From the IMG/VR virus record IMGVR_UViG_3300042399_000237, positions 1-60,328 of that record: a DNA stretch of 60,328 nt. One strand, given 5' to 3'. A program made the position numbers and the translations under genes. Source of the DNA: a virus. Taxonomy: Duplodnaviria > Caudoviricetes. Under the pieces are notes generated by a model. It made no database searches, was not told where the DNA came from, and worked only from the letters and a program-made list of their open reading frames with translations. How positions within the stretch are numbered: the stretch's first letter is position 1; each line of letters starts with the position of its first letter. This document shows, in pieces, positions 26,874 through 34,898 of this stretch.

Positions 26874-27686
26874 ATGGAACTGCACAAAGAACAATGCGAT
26901 TACACATACAGCGAAGTGCTGGCGCACAAGCCTAGCGGACTGGGAGTTACCTCAAACAATTTGAGGAAGTTGCTCAAGTCGTTAGACTTTGTGGGCTGGT
27001 CGAGCCGGGAAGAGTCAGGCAGGCTTGATCGTAGAGCGCTGACGAGGTTTGCGGCTGGTAGCAGCAACATCTTCTCTCGCAGGGAGTTGGTCGAGGCTGA
27101 GACCAGCGCGATATCGATCTTGATCGATTGCTCTGGATCGATGAATGATCGGCACGGCGAGGGCAAGAGGAGGGTCACCCGCATCGCTACGGCGCAGGCT
27201 GTCGCAATACACCTGTCGAAGGTGCTACAGCAAGCCCGTGTACCGTTCGCAGTGACAGGCTTTAGGGGTTCGCTACCTACAATCCTTGAGGGCGGCACTG
27301 TTGTTGAGACCCCGCATCTGATCGACTTCAAGCCGTGGGGCGTGTCACCACAACGTGCGACAACGGCGCTGGGCGGCATCAACCAGTGCGCCAGCAGTTG
27401 CACCCCTGACTACTCGGCTATCGCTGTACAGCTTGAGGATTTGCATCGCAGACCGGAAGGAAGGAAGATTCTATTCTTGCTGACCGATGCACAAGGGTAT
27501 GTTAAGGATCACCTGATCCATCTACAGAAGCTGGCAGACAAGCTGGGGATCGTGATCATCGCTATCGGGATCGCAACGGACGAGGTCACCAAGGTGTTTG
27601 TGAATGCAACATGCGTGAGAGATGTATCGCAGTTGGCAGAGAAGTCGTTTAATGCCCTGCTCACGACTGTACGCAAGAAGCTGTGA
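26874..27686 (+). CDS. CobT-like VWA domain protein
   Basis: SGRLDRRAL...IFSRR...ILIDCSGSM (MIDAS)...TPD...RKILFLLTD; AGGAG RBS. Confidence 0.85.
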   Translation: MELHKEQCDYTYSEVLAHKPSGLGVTSNNLRKLLKSLDFVGWSSREESGRLDRRALTRFAAGSSNIFSRRELVEAETSAISILIDCSGSMNDRHGEGKRRVTRIATAQAVAIHLSKVLQQARVPFAVTGFRGSLPTILEGGTVVETPHLIDFKPWGVSPQRATTALGGINQCASSCTPDYSAIAVQLEDLHRRPEGRKILFLLTDAQGYVKDHLIHLQKLADKLGIVIIAIGIATDEVTKVFVNATCVRDVSQLAEKSFNALLTTVRKKL

Positions 27687-27731
27687 GGTTCTCACCTAAT
27701 GCCCTCCGGGGCATTGGGGGAAATCCTTCCC
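27685..27731 (+). repeat. Intergenic hairpin element, copy 4
   Basis: GAGGTTCTCACCTAATGCCC-TCCG-GGGCATTGGGGGAAATCCTTCCC. Confidence 0.9.
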
Positions 27732-27755
27732 GATGTTTAAACAACTGGAGGCAGT

Positions 27756-27839
27756 ATGACAAACTTTACAAAATCGCTTTGGATTAGCTGGATTTTCACC
27801 GTATCTTGCCTGTCGATCCTAACTTGGTATCCGCTATGA
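27756..27839 (+). CDS. 27-aa hydrophobic peptide
   Basis: GGAGG RBS; MTNFTKSLWISWIFTVSCLSILTWYPL; ATGA overlap with the next gene. Confidence 0.55.
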   Translation: MTNFTKSLWISWIFTVSCLSILTWYPL

Positions 27840-28141
27840 ACCCATACCTGATTGAGAGCAACCCGTTTGACCTTGGGAGCGCGACTAATATCAAGATGAC
27901 CCGTGGCGAAGCTGTGGCTAAGGTTGGTGAGCAGGCTGTGGAATTGGTGGAGTCCATGTGCTGCCAGCCCACGGGCGAGGATGATGGGGAGGTCGTTGAG
28001 TGGTCGGCAGACTGTAAGATAGCGAATAATCAGCTCACTTGTTTTTATTACACTGATTGCGCTGACTCGGAGATCGCAGCGGAGTGCGGCTGGGACAGCG
28101 TTGATTTTAAGATAGACCATTACACCGTGGAGAAAGTATGA
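27836..28141 (+). CDS. Acidic hypothetical protein
   Basis: Start set at MNPYL by the ATGA overlap. Confidence 0.65.
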   Translation: MNPYLIESNPFDLGSATNIKMTRGEAVAKVGEQAVELVESMCCQPTGEDDGEVVEWSADCKIANNQLTCFYYTDCADSEIAAECGWDSVDFKIDHYTVEKV

Positions 28142-28416
28142 AACAAATAACTTTAAACGTACCCGATGATGTCACTGTCTTGGAAGCTCAGAATAAACTT
28201 GATCTAGCACTTTCACCAGATTGGATATCTTTGCAATGGCATATCTCTGACGTACAAGGCTGTGTTGGAGGTGACCACGCCCCGATGAGTGATGATGATG
28301 CTAGGGAAATTCTGGCGGAGATGGAGCATAGGCATGATGCCAGCAATGGCGTGACTTGGGACACCATCAATCACTATGTAGATATTTGGCGCGAACATCA
28401 ACTGGAGGAAGCATGA
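28138..28416 (+). CDS. Hypothetical phage protein
   Basis: 92 aa; WHISDV...HDASNGVTWD; ATGA overlaps at both ends. Confidence 0.75.
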   Translation: MKQITLNVPDDVTVLEAQNKLDLALSPDWISLQWHISDVQGCVGGDHAPMSDDDAREILAEMEHRHDASNGVTWDTINHYVDIWREHQLEEA

Positions 28417-28610
28417 AGCATTTCAAAACAGGGCATGACTACACTGTAACAACGGGGAGGAGGATCGATACCCAGAGGGTGCGGGGGTATTTCTGTAGCC
28501 TAGAATACGCAGAAGGCTGCGGAGAGCGGCTCAGGGTCGGGACTGAATACACGATCTGGAAGCGCCGGGACGGGGGCTGGTTTGCCTACCGCACGAGGGA
28601 GGCAACATGA
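28413..28610 (+). CDS. Hypothetical protein
   Basis: GGAGG RBS; MKHFK start. Confidence 0.65.
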   Translation: MKHFKTGHDYTVTTGRRIDTQRVRGYFCSLEYAEGCGERLRVGTEYTIWKRRDGGWFAYRTREAT

Positions 28611-28720
28611 ACGATGAGTTTAAACAGGACGGGGTGACTGGGTATCTGGTGGTGCTGGTGATTGCGCTGACCATTGCCCTGATATCAACCTACTCAAACT
28701 GTTACTGGGGGCAATCATGA
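28607..28720 (+). CDS. Small membrane protein (37 aa)
   Basis: GGAGG RBS; MNDEFKQDGVTGYLVVLVIALTIALISTYSNCYWGQS. Confidence 0.55.
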   Translation: MNDEFKQDGVTGYLVVLVIALTIALISTYSNCYWGQS

Positions 28721-28914
28721 GCAGAACCTTTATGGAGTTGATCGAGAAGATTGATGCAGCGATAGACGGTGAGTCGCTGGACGATATCATCCCGGTGATG
28801 GTGACCTTCATAGCCAGCGCCAGCATCAGGGCAGGGGTCAGCAAAGAGATGATCATGATGTACCTGTCCGACACGCTGGATGAGGCTAGGGTCAAGAGCA
28901 ATGAAAAGCACTGA
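28717..28914 (+). CDS. Hypothetical protein
   Basis: 65 aa; ATGA overlap. Confidence 0.7.
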   Translation: MSRTFMELIEKIDAAIDGESLDDIIPVMVTFIASASIRAGVSKEMIMMYLSDTLDEARVKSNEKH

Positions 28915-29134
28915 GAAGTTCCGGCATGAATGTGAAGTCAGGCATTTATTGAATCTGAGGACAGCCGATACCGATGCAGCCTATCTTTACCTGACAAAGG
29001 TGCAGGCTAAGAGGGGCATAGCATCGGCATCCAAGCTGCTTGAGGATTCTAGAAGGCAGTGGAAGTGGGGTAACCGTGGTGACCGTGGCATGTGGTTGTT
29101 CACGGCTTTGATAGAACGCGAAGAGGAGTACTAG
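28901..29134 (+). CDS. Hypothetical phage protein
   Basis: MKSTEKFRHECEVRHLL...QWKWGNRG. Confidence 0.7.
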   Translation: MKSTEKFRHECEVRHLLNLRTADTDAAYLYLTKVQAKRGIASASKLLEDSRRQWKWGNRGDRGMWLFTALIEREEEY

Positions 29135-29136
29135 CT

Positions 29137-29316
29137 ATGAAGCGAGACGAAACTAAAGATCAGCATCCATATTTAAACGCAAAGCGAGGCAGAGACAAGG
29201 CATACAGGTCTGGCACATGGCATGAAGATGACCGGCGCATGATTTTATTAATAAAGGGTACGTTTTTAGGGGTATGTTTCCTAATTATTACCCAAGTAAT
29301 TGTCTGGATAGTCTAG
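29137..29316 (+). CDS. Small protein with C-terminal TM segment
   Basis: GAGGAG RBS; hydrophobic C-terminus. Confidence 0.6.
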   Translation: MKRDETKDQHPYLNAKRGRDKAYRSGTWHEDDRRMILLIKGTFLGVCFLIITQVIVWIV

Positions 29317-29320
29317 ACCC

Positions 29321-29354
29321 AGTCCCCATCAGCTTCGGCTCATGGGGATTTTTT
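29321..29354 (+). terminator. Rho-independent terminator of the early block
   Basis: AGTCCCCATCAGC-TTCG-GCTCATGGGGATT followed by TTTT. Confidence 0.8.
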
Positions 29355-29359
29355 ATGCG

Positions 29360-30120
29360 ACTTGTTCAGGGACTTGTACACAAACAGCGTTTAAACAGTT
29401 AGTCAGGTAATTGATTGGATTAATTGTCGAGAATTGTCAGTGATCGGCTACAGACGTTTGGTTGTTGTTTAAACGGGCTAATGTAAATACGATATACCCC
29501 AGCACAACGCCTGCGGTATATGGGTTTGGTTGGTTTGTTGGGTTTGTTCGGTTTTCCGGTTTACCAGTTTTAGCAACCTGCAAAAGGATCACTGTTTAAA
29601 CTGGCTAATGTAAATACCGGTATGAAGACCGGTATTAGAAATCCTATAGGTGATGGGTTTCAGGGGGCATACCGGTATTAAGAGCGGTATGAGAGCGGTA
29701 TTAGTGGGATTCCCAGTGTTTCCCAGATTCCCGTTTTGGGGTCAAGACGTACCTTGTGCCAGTCTTGTGCCATTTGTGCCACTACGCCAACGCTTATTAT
29801 TTTATCCTCTGCAACCCAATGCCAGTAAGGGTTTGAGTCAAACTTTTAGAAGTTTTAAAAGCTCCCAGAGTTTTTGTGCCATTTGTGCCAGTCTTTAATA
29901 CGAGGGAGGGAGGGGTTTGACCCTTTTACTAAAATGGGTTCAACCCCTTGACCCCTGCCATCTGAATAGCAAAGTGAATAGCAAAGTGAATAAGTCAGGC
30001 GGTTGGCTAGGGGATTTACTGGGTTTCCCGACTCAGAACCCCACTAGCTATCTTCAGCATGTCTGCCTAGCCCGACTTAAAAGGTATACCTATTTATATC
30101 CCAAAACAGGTATAAACAGG
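29360..30120. repeat. Repeat-rich non-coding region (candidate replication origin)
   Basis: 24-bp direct repeat (29467, 29594), 6x CGGTAT, 5x TTGTGCCA, 2x GAATAGCAAAGT; abuts the 3' end of the primase-helicase gene. Confidence 0.55.
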
Positions 30121-30126
30121 TATAAA

Positions 30127-31821
30127 TCAGAAGTCATCCAGAGGCTGTGTATAAGTCCCGGTTGTCTTGTTGTACTGAAGCAGGGCTTCGCCTTGCGTAC
30201 CCACCCACCTGTATCGGCACTTCCAGACCACCACCTCTACGCTTGTACCCTCACCCCTGTGGACAGTTACGCCGCAGTCAGCTTTCGCCCACCATGCCAT
30301 TGACCCTGAGATGCTCATGCCGTCAGGTCTTGGGAGTTCTGCTCCCGACCTTGACACCTTGGCTGGGTGAGCAACGAACCAGACATGCACCCCGTAGGTC
30401 TTGGCAAAGGCTTGTACCCTTGTCAGAAGATCGCTGATAGCGGCTGTTTCGGATAGCTGAGTGCCGCTCATGTCGATGTAGTTATAGGGGTCGATGACCA
30501 TGCCCCTGATCCCCATCCTTGCCACCGCTGCTATGCCACGCTCAAGGATCGAGTCTATGGTCGCAGGCTCTACAGTCTCTGAGTCCATGATAAGGAAATG
30601 TTCTAGCACCCATGCGAACGCTTCATCCTTCTCTGCCTCATTCATCCTTAAACTACCCTCAAAGAACCGCTTATTGGCATAGATCTCCATTAACCGGGAG
30701 ATATGTACCTCTGGCTGGTTCTCGAACGAGCATAGGGCAAACTTCCAGTCATGCTTGCGAGCGAGGTTGACCATGAGTTGGTCTACAAAGTTCGACTTGC
30801 CATGACTAGGATACCCAGTCACGACTGACAGTTGACCGGGGGAGATGGTGTAGATCTGGTCTAGATTTGAATACCCAGTAGACACTCCCTGCCCCGTTCC
30901 TTTTGTCCACAGATCGTTTACACGGTCTTCAAACTTGGCAGCAGATGATAGCCCTTCTACTGGATACGGCTCTGCCTCTTCTATGATTCGCTTAACTTCA
31001 TCTGCCCCTGCTTTCTGGAATGCTTCGTTGAAGTCCTTGTAGTCCGACACTGCCAGCCTGCACTTGTGCTTGCCGATACGTCTTGCCAACTCTTCAGCCA
31101 GCGCCTGCCCAGCGGAGTCATTGTCTGTTGCAATGACGATGTATGGAGCTTGTTTCAGCACCTCGAATCCATTCCAGACAAAGGCAAACTTCTTGTCCTC
31201 ACTCGCTTGCACCTTGCCGTCAGCCACCTTGATAGGTGCGCCAGCCGGTACGGAGATGACGTTCTCTATCCCGCACTCCATCCCAGTCAAGGCATCCATC
31301 TCTCCCTCAACAATAATCACAGGCAGAGCGGGATTGATCCGGTCAATCCCAAAGAAGTCATGCGCCCCACCGGAATCTTGGGTGAAGTCCTTGTCCTCGA
31401 TGCTCCGGTACTTGGCTGAGGTCATCGCCCCGTTACGGAAATACGGGAATCCAATGGCAGGTGACATCTTGTTTAAACGGCTGAACCATTTCTCAGAAGA
31501 GAATAGTCCCGCCTTGTTTGCTGTCTCTTTTGAAATGCCGCGTGTCTCTAGGTAATCGTAATGGGCTTGATCAAGAGGCTCTTTTTTTATATTGGGAACG
31601 GCTGACAATTTTCTCTCCACATGTGGGGTTGTGCTATCGAATGGGACATTGCCGCTTATGCCACAGTGATGGCATAGATAGAGCCAAGCATCGCCCGTGC
31701 GGGTGATGACCAGTTCTTTGGCATTGAATTTCTTACGGGTTGGGGAACAACTAGGACAAGCTGCGCGATCTGTATCTGCCACATGCATAGCAGATACGAA
31801 CGCATGAAGTTCGTTACTCAT
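30127..31821 (-). CDS. T7 gp4/Twinkle-like primase-helicase
   Basis: Zn finger CPSC...CHHC; TOPRIM IVEGEMDAL, ATDND..G; helicase GYPSHGKS, VIDPYN, VAHP.K. Confidence 0.92.
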   Translation of the reverse strand: MSNELHAFVSAMHVADTDRAACPSCSPTRKKFNAKELVITRTGDAWLYLCHHCGISGNVPFDSTTPHVERKLSAVPNIKKEPLDQAHYDYLETRGISKETANKAGLFSSEKWFSRLNKMSPAIGFPYFRNGAMTSAKYRSIEDKDFTQDSGGAHDFFGIDRINPALPVIIVEGEMDALTGMECGIENVISVPAGAPIKVADGKVQASEDKKFAFVWNGFEVLKQAPYIVIATDNDSAGQALAEELARRIGKHKCRLAVSDYKDFNEAFQKAGADEVKRIIEEAEPYPVEGLSSAAKFEDRVNDLWTKGTGQGVSTGYSNLDQIYTISPGQLSVVTGYPSHGKSNFVDQLMVNLARKHDWKFALCSFENQPEVHISRLMEIYANKRFFEGSLRMNEAEKDEAFAWVLEHFLIMDSETVEPATIDSILERGIAAVARMGIRGMVIDPYNYIDMSGTQLSETAAISDLLTRVQAFAKTYGVHVWFVAHPAKVSRSGAELPRPDGMSISGSMAWWAKADCGVTVHRGEGTSVEVVVWKCRYRWVGTQGEALLQYNKTTGTYTQPLDDF

Positions 31822-31841
31822 TTGGATAGCCTCCGGTTAAA

Positions 31842-32066
31842 TTACTTGTTATCGCCTTTGTTTTTCGATCTGTCTCTCAGTCTAAGGTTGCCTGCTGTTG
31901 TTAACCCACCCTTGCGGATGGGCTTGATGTGATCGATATCCTTACCTGACCTATCGATCTTCTTCTTGTCGAACAGCCGTCTTGCTTTCTGTCGTTCAAG
32001 AAAACCTTCTACATCCCCTCGCTTCTTTTGAAGGGCGTATTCATGTTTGTAATCTCTGACTCTCAC
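31842..32066 (-). CDS. Small HNH-like protein
   Basis: RDYKHEY...GKDIDHIKPIRKGG....NLRL....N. Confidence 0.8.
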   Translation of the reverse strand: MRVRDYKHEYALQKKRGDVEGFLERQKARRLFDKKKIDRSGKDIDHIKPIRKGGLTTAGNLRLRDRSKNKGDNK

Positions 32067-32129
32067 GGGTAAAGCCCTCTTGACTGATAAGTTAAGACTT
32101 AGGGACTGATAAGTAACGTCCAGTAAGTA

Positions 32130-32335
32130 AGTCTGCCCTTTTGGTGGGCAGACCTAGCCTCAACCTGTCAGAAGAGACTGTCTGCCTTCACAGCTTGCCC
32201 TAATGGAGCCTGCTGACCCGCCAGCCTTTTCATTCATGGGTGCTGGCTTCGCCGCCCATTCTCCTGTTTCAGAACTAACCCGTGGTAGGAGTAACTGCAT
32301 TCTGCGCCCACCGTTTCCCGTCACGCAGAAGATGA
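32130..32335 (-). ncRNA. Candidate structured RNA upstream of HNH/primase-helicase
   Basis: Multiple stems (TTCTGCG/CGCAGAA, CTCCT/AGGAG, GCCAGC/GCTGGC, GTCTGCCC/GGGCAGAC); upstream TAGAAT -10; no convincing ORF. Confidence 0.5.
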
Positions 32336-32399
32336 ATTCTATTCTTAATTACGAACAAAGCAAACTTATTTTGCGGGATCTACATATTGGTATACAAGG

Positions 32400-32429
32400 T
32401 TGACAAATATCTATGGGCTGTACTAGAAT
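32400..32429 (+). promoter_or_regulatory. Sigma70 promoter for the candidate sRNA
   Basis: TTGACA-N18-TAGAAT. Confidence 0.65.
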
Positions 32430-32434
32430 ACGAA

Positions 32435-32515
32435 CAACCAATCCAGATTAGCCTCCGGTTGCGGCACATCCCTCCAGATGGGTAAAGGACTCTCACAAGG
32501 AGTCCTTTATTTTTT
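32435..32515 (+). ncRNA. Candidate anti-Shine-Dalgarno sRNA
   Basis: Lies between a promoter and a terminator; contains GATTAGCCTCCGGTT and CCCTCCAGA. Confidence 0.55.
32483..32515 (+). terminator. Rho-independent terminator
   Basis: TAAAGGACTC-TCACAAG-GAGTCCTTTA followed by TTTTTT. Confidence 0.8.
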
Positions 32516-32861
32516 CCACCCTTATCTCGCAACGCGGATTGATCTTATCCAGACCCCAGTAGATGTGTTTCTCCCTGACCTGACGGTCATTGGTATAGGC
32601 TACGTCCTGTAACAGGTCGAGTATTAAACTCTCATCCAGATCAGGTCTGCGGCTGGCATAGTAGATAGTGATATGCACAGCGACACTCCCCTCCAATAAC
32701 TTCCTCCTAACGCATTGCTGTTTAAACATCTTGGCATACCCGAGCGCCTTCTTGGACTTGATGACCGCCGGTCTGCCGCCTATTGATACTAGCTGTCTAC
32801 TGTTAGACTTGCTGGCTGGCTCACCATAAATTGTTAACGATAATGCTTGCATGTCTTCCAT
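32493..32861 (-). CDS. rusA: RusA-like Holliday junction resolvase
   Basis: GEPASKSNSR...RRPDLD...ILDLLQ..AY.NDRQV...NPRCEIRV. Confidence 0.85.
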   Translation of the reverse strand: MEDMQALSLTIYGEPASKSNSRQLVSIGGRPAVIKSKKALGYAKMFKQQCVRRKLLEGSVAVHITIYYASRRPDLDESLILDLLQDVAYTNDRQVREKHIYWGLDKINPRCEIRVEKIKDSL

Positions 32862-32875
32862 GATAGTGTTATTGT
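32847..32875 (+). promoter_or_regulatory. Putative promoter of the recombination operon
   Basis: TTGCAT-N17-TATTGT with a TGn extended -10. Confidence 0.5.
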
Positions 32876-32900
32876 CCCATTTCCATACGGAGGCTAATTA

Positions 32901-33809
32901 ATGAAGATTACCAATATACATAATGTTCCCGCTACCCTTGTTGCTCTGGCATCCAGAGATTACTACAGTAAGGGCGCATCTGACTATAGTGTCACAGAAA
33001 TAATATCCCCTCCCCGTATCCAGCGGTTACGCAAGAAGCACTATGAAGACATGGAGACTGACGTAGCAGACATGCTATGGAACCTCATGGGTTCTGCCCT
33101 TCATGTTGTTGCTGAACGTGGTCAGGCTGAGAACTGCATCACTGAAGAGCGGCTAATGGCTGAGGTAGATGGAGTCAAACTCTCAGGGGCTATAGACATA
33201 CAACAGATAACTCCCGAAGGGATCATCATCACTGACTACAAGTTCACCTCTGCTTGGTCACTACGTCAGGACAAGTTCGAGTGGGATGCCCAGCAAAACA
33301 TCTATGCATGGCTCGTTGAGACGGTCAAGAAGGAGCGCGTGGTCGGAGTACAGGTCTGTGCATTGATTAGGGACTGGAGTCGCAGGGAGGCTCAGAGAAA
33401 CCCTGCCTACCCCCAAGCGCCTATACAGGTAGTTAATCTGCCCTTGTGGTCGCTGGAGAAGACCTACGAATATTTGAGAGAGAGGATAGATCTGCACCGT
33501 CAGTCCAAGGTATTGGATGACTTTGGTGATGCTCTGCCTCTTTGTACCCAATCTGAACGCTGGGAGAAGCAGACCCAGTATGCAGTAAGAAGGGAAGGCA
33601 GAAAGACCGCCATCCGTGTTTTAGATAGTGAAGACGAAGCAAAAGTATTAGCTAACAAGGAGAAAGGTTATGTCGAAGTCAGGAACGGAGAATCAATCAG
33701 ATGTACCGGAAATTACTGTGGGGTTGCTAAGTGGTGTGAGCAATATCGTGACAAAGATGCTGCAAGTGATGGAGGAGGTGACTTACGTTCAGAAGGACAA
33801 GACGAATGA
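32901..33809 (+). CDS. PD-(D/E)XK Cas4-like exonuclease
   Basis: GSALH...LSGAID...ITDYKFT...QQNIY; C-terminal C...C..YC....C cluster. Confidence 0.85.
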   Translation: MKITNIHNVPATLVALASRDYYSKGASDYSVTEIISPPRIQRLRKKHYEDMETDVADMLWNLMGSALHVVAERGQAENCITEERLMAEVDGVKLSGAIDIQQITPEGIIITDYKFTSAWSLRQDKFEWDAQQNIYAWLVETVKKERVVGVQVCALIRDWSRREAQRNPAYPQAPIQVVNLPLWSLEKTYEYLRERIDLHRQSKVLDDFGDALPLCTQSERWEKQTQYAVRREGRKTAIRVLDSEDEAKVLANKEKGYVEVRNGESIRCTGNYCGVAKWCEQYRDKDAASDGGGDLRSEGQDE

Positions 33810-34440
33810 CTTCCAGCATTACAACTATGCATCTGAGGCAGCGGCTATTAAGAAAATACGCCCAGCGCTTATCAAGGCTGGACTGTTCATGCTGCCGTCA
33901 GTAGAAAAGATGTGGCTGGATGACAGAGGCAACACCCATGTAGAGATGCTGTATCGGATATTCGATATCAGCGGTGACTACATCCAGTTCAAGGCGGTTG
34001 GATCTGGTCAGGACAAGAGCGGAGACAAGGGTGTCTACAAGGCTTTAACAGGGGCAAGCAAGTACGCCCTGCTGAAGACCTTCATGCTGGAGACTGGGGA
34101 TGACCCAGAGGTTCCTCGTGAAGATGAAAAGAAAGAAGAAAAGAAGCAGCCGTTAAAAGCAGTACCGAAAGAAGCAGTAAAGACCACCAAGATTCAGCCA
34201 GTAGTTGAAGTAGCCAAGGTTGAGGACGAGCCTGCCCAGCGTTTAAACTTTGAGCTATTTAGTCAGAAGATGATTGAGTGGGCTGAGACTTGCGTGACGG
34301 CAGATGAGATGTTCGATCTATGGAAGGCTAATCAGGTGACCGTCGATGCAGTTAAGGCTTTTGATCTTGTTAACCTGTATCAACCACTGCAAGCCAAATT
34401 TGCGGAAATTAAAGCAATTAAACTAAAAGGAGACATGTAA
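33736..34440 (+). CDS. ERF-family ssDNA-annealing protein
   Basis: VQKDKTNDFQHYNYAS...GSGQD.SGDKGVYKALTGASKYALLKTF..ETGDDPE; start uncertain (GTG at 33736). Confidence 0.85.
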   Translation: MSNIVTKMLQVMEEVTYVQKDKTNDFQHYNYASEAAAIKKIRPALIKAGLFMLPSVEKMWLDDRGNTHVEMLYRIFDISGDYIQFKAVGSGQDKSGDKGVYKALTGASKYALLKTFMLETGDDPEVPREDEKKEEKKQPLKAVPKEAVKTTKIQPVVEVAKVEDEPAQRLNFELFSQKMIEWAETCVTADEMFDLWKANQVTVDAVKAFDLVNLYQPLQAKFAEIKAIKLKGDM

Positions 34441-34700
34441 TGCAAAAGGAATATCTAAACAGCGGTACATTATTTTCGGCTGGCGTTAAGACAAGCCCCA
34501 ACGCACCAGAGTACTACGGTGATGTAACTCTTGATCTTGATGCACTGAACGCAACTGGCGGGAAGATTAAGCTACGCATGTCAGGTTGGAAGAAGCTATC
34601 AACCAAGGGCAATACCTTCCTGTCGATAGCGTTTCAACCATTCGATGAGAACCGTGGGTCTGGTGCAAAGAAGCCAGTTCAAAACGATGATCCATTCTAG
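34440..34700 (+). CDS. Putative ssDNA-binding protein
   Basis: NSGTLF...PEYYG...MSGWKK....GNTFLSI; acidic DDPF tail. Confidence 0.7.
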   Translation: MQKEYLNSGTLFSAGVKTSPNAPEYYGDVTLDLDALNATGGKIKLRMSGWKKLSTKGNTFLSIAFQPFDENRGSGAKKPVQNDDPF

Positions 34701-34703
34701 GAG

Positions 34704-34898
34704 ATGACAATGATTAAGAAGAAATTGGGAAGACCGGCAAAGGTAGCGGCGAAGCCAAGCTACAGACAGAGTGAGTCCTTACAGATCTTGTCTCTTGAGT
34801 CTTTGTTGGATAACGCCAACTTCAAGATTAGCTCTCTTGAGCATCAAGCTATCGGCTACAAGGCGGTGATCGATTATCTGGAGCATAAACTATCATGA
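34704..34898 (+). CDS. Small protein with AT-hook-like motif and coiled coil
   Basis: KKKLGRPAK; AGGAG RBS. Confidence 0.7.
   Translation: MTMIKKKLGRPAKVAAKPSYRQSESLQILSLESLLDNANFKISSLEHQAIGYKAVIDYLEHKLS

Noticed and set aside
24457-27686. Cobalamin biosynthesis (cobS/cobT) as an auxiliary metabolic function
   Set aside because: No CobN or other cob genes were seen; MoxR/VWA pairs in phages are better explained as chaperone-like modules.
23264-27731. CRISPR array or Rho-independent terminators
   Set aside because: The intervals are whole genes of very unequal length, and the hairpins have no U-tract.
29650-30303. ORFs 29650-29898 and 29917-30303
   Set aside because: They lie downstream of a terminator, run through repeats, lack a clear RBS and do not look protein-like.
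32901-33809. Cas4 as evidence of a CRISPR system
   Set aside because: It sits with ERF and SSB-like genes in a typical phage recombination module; no array or other cas genes were seen.
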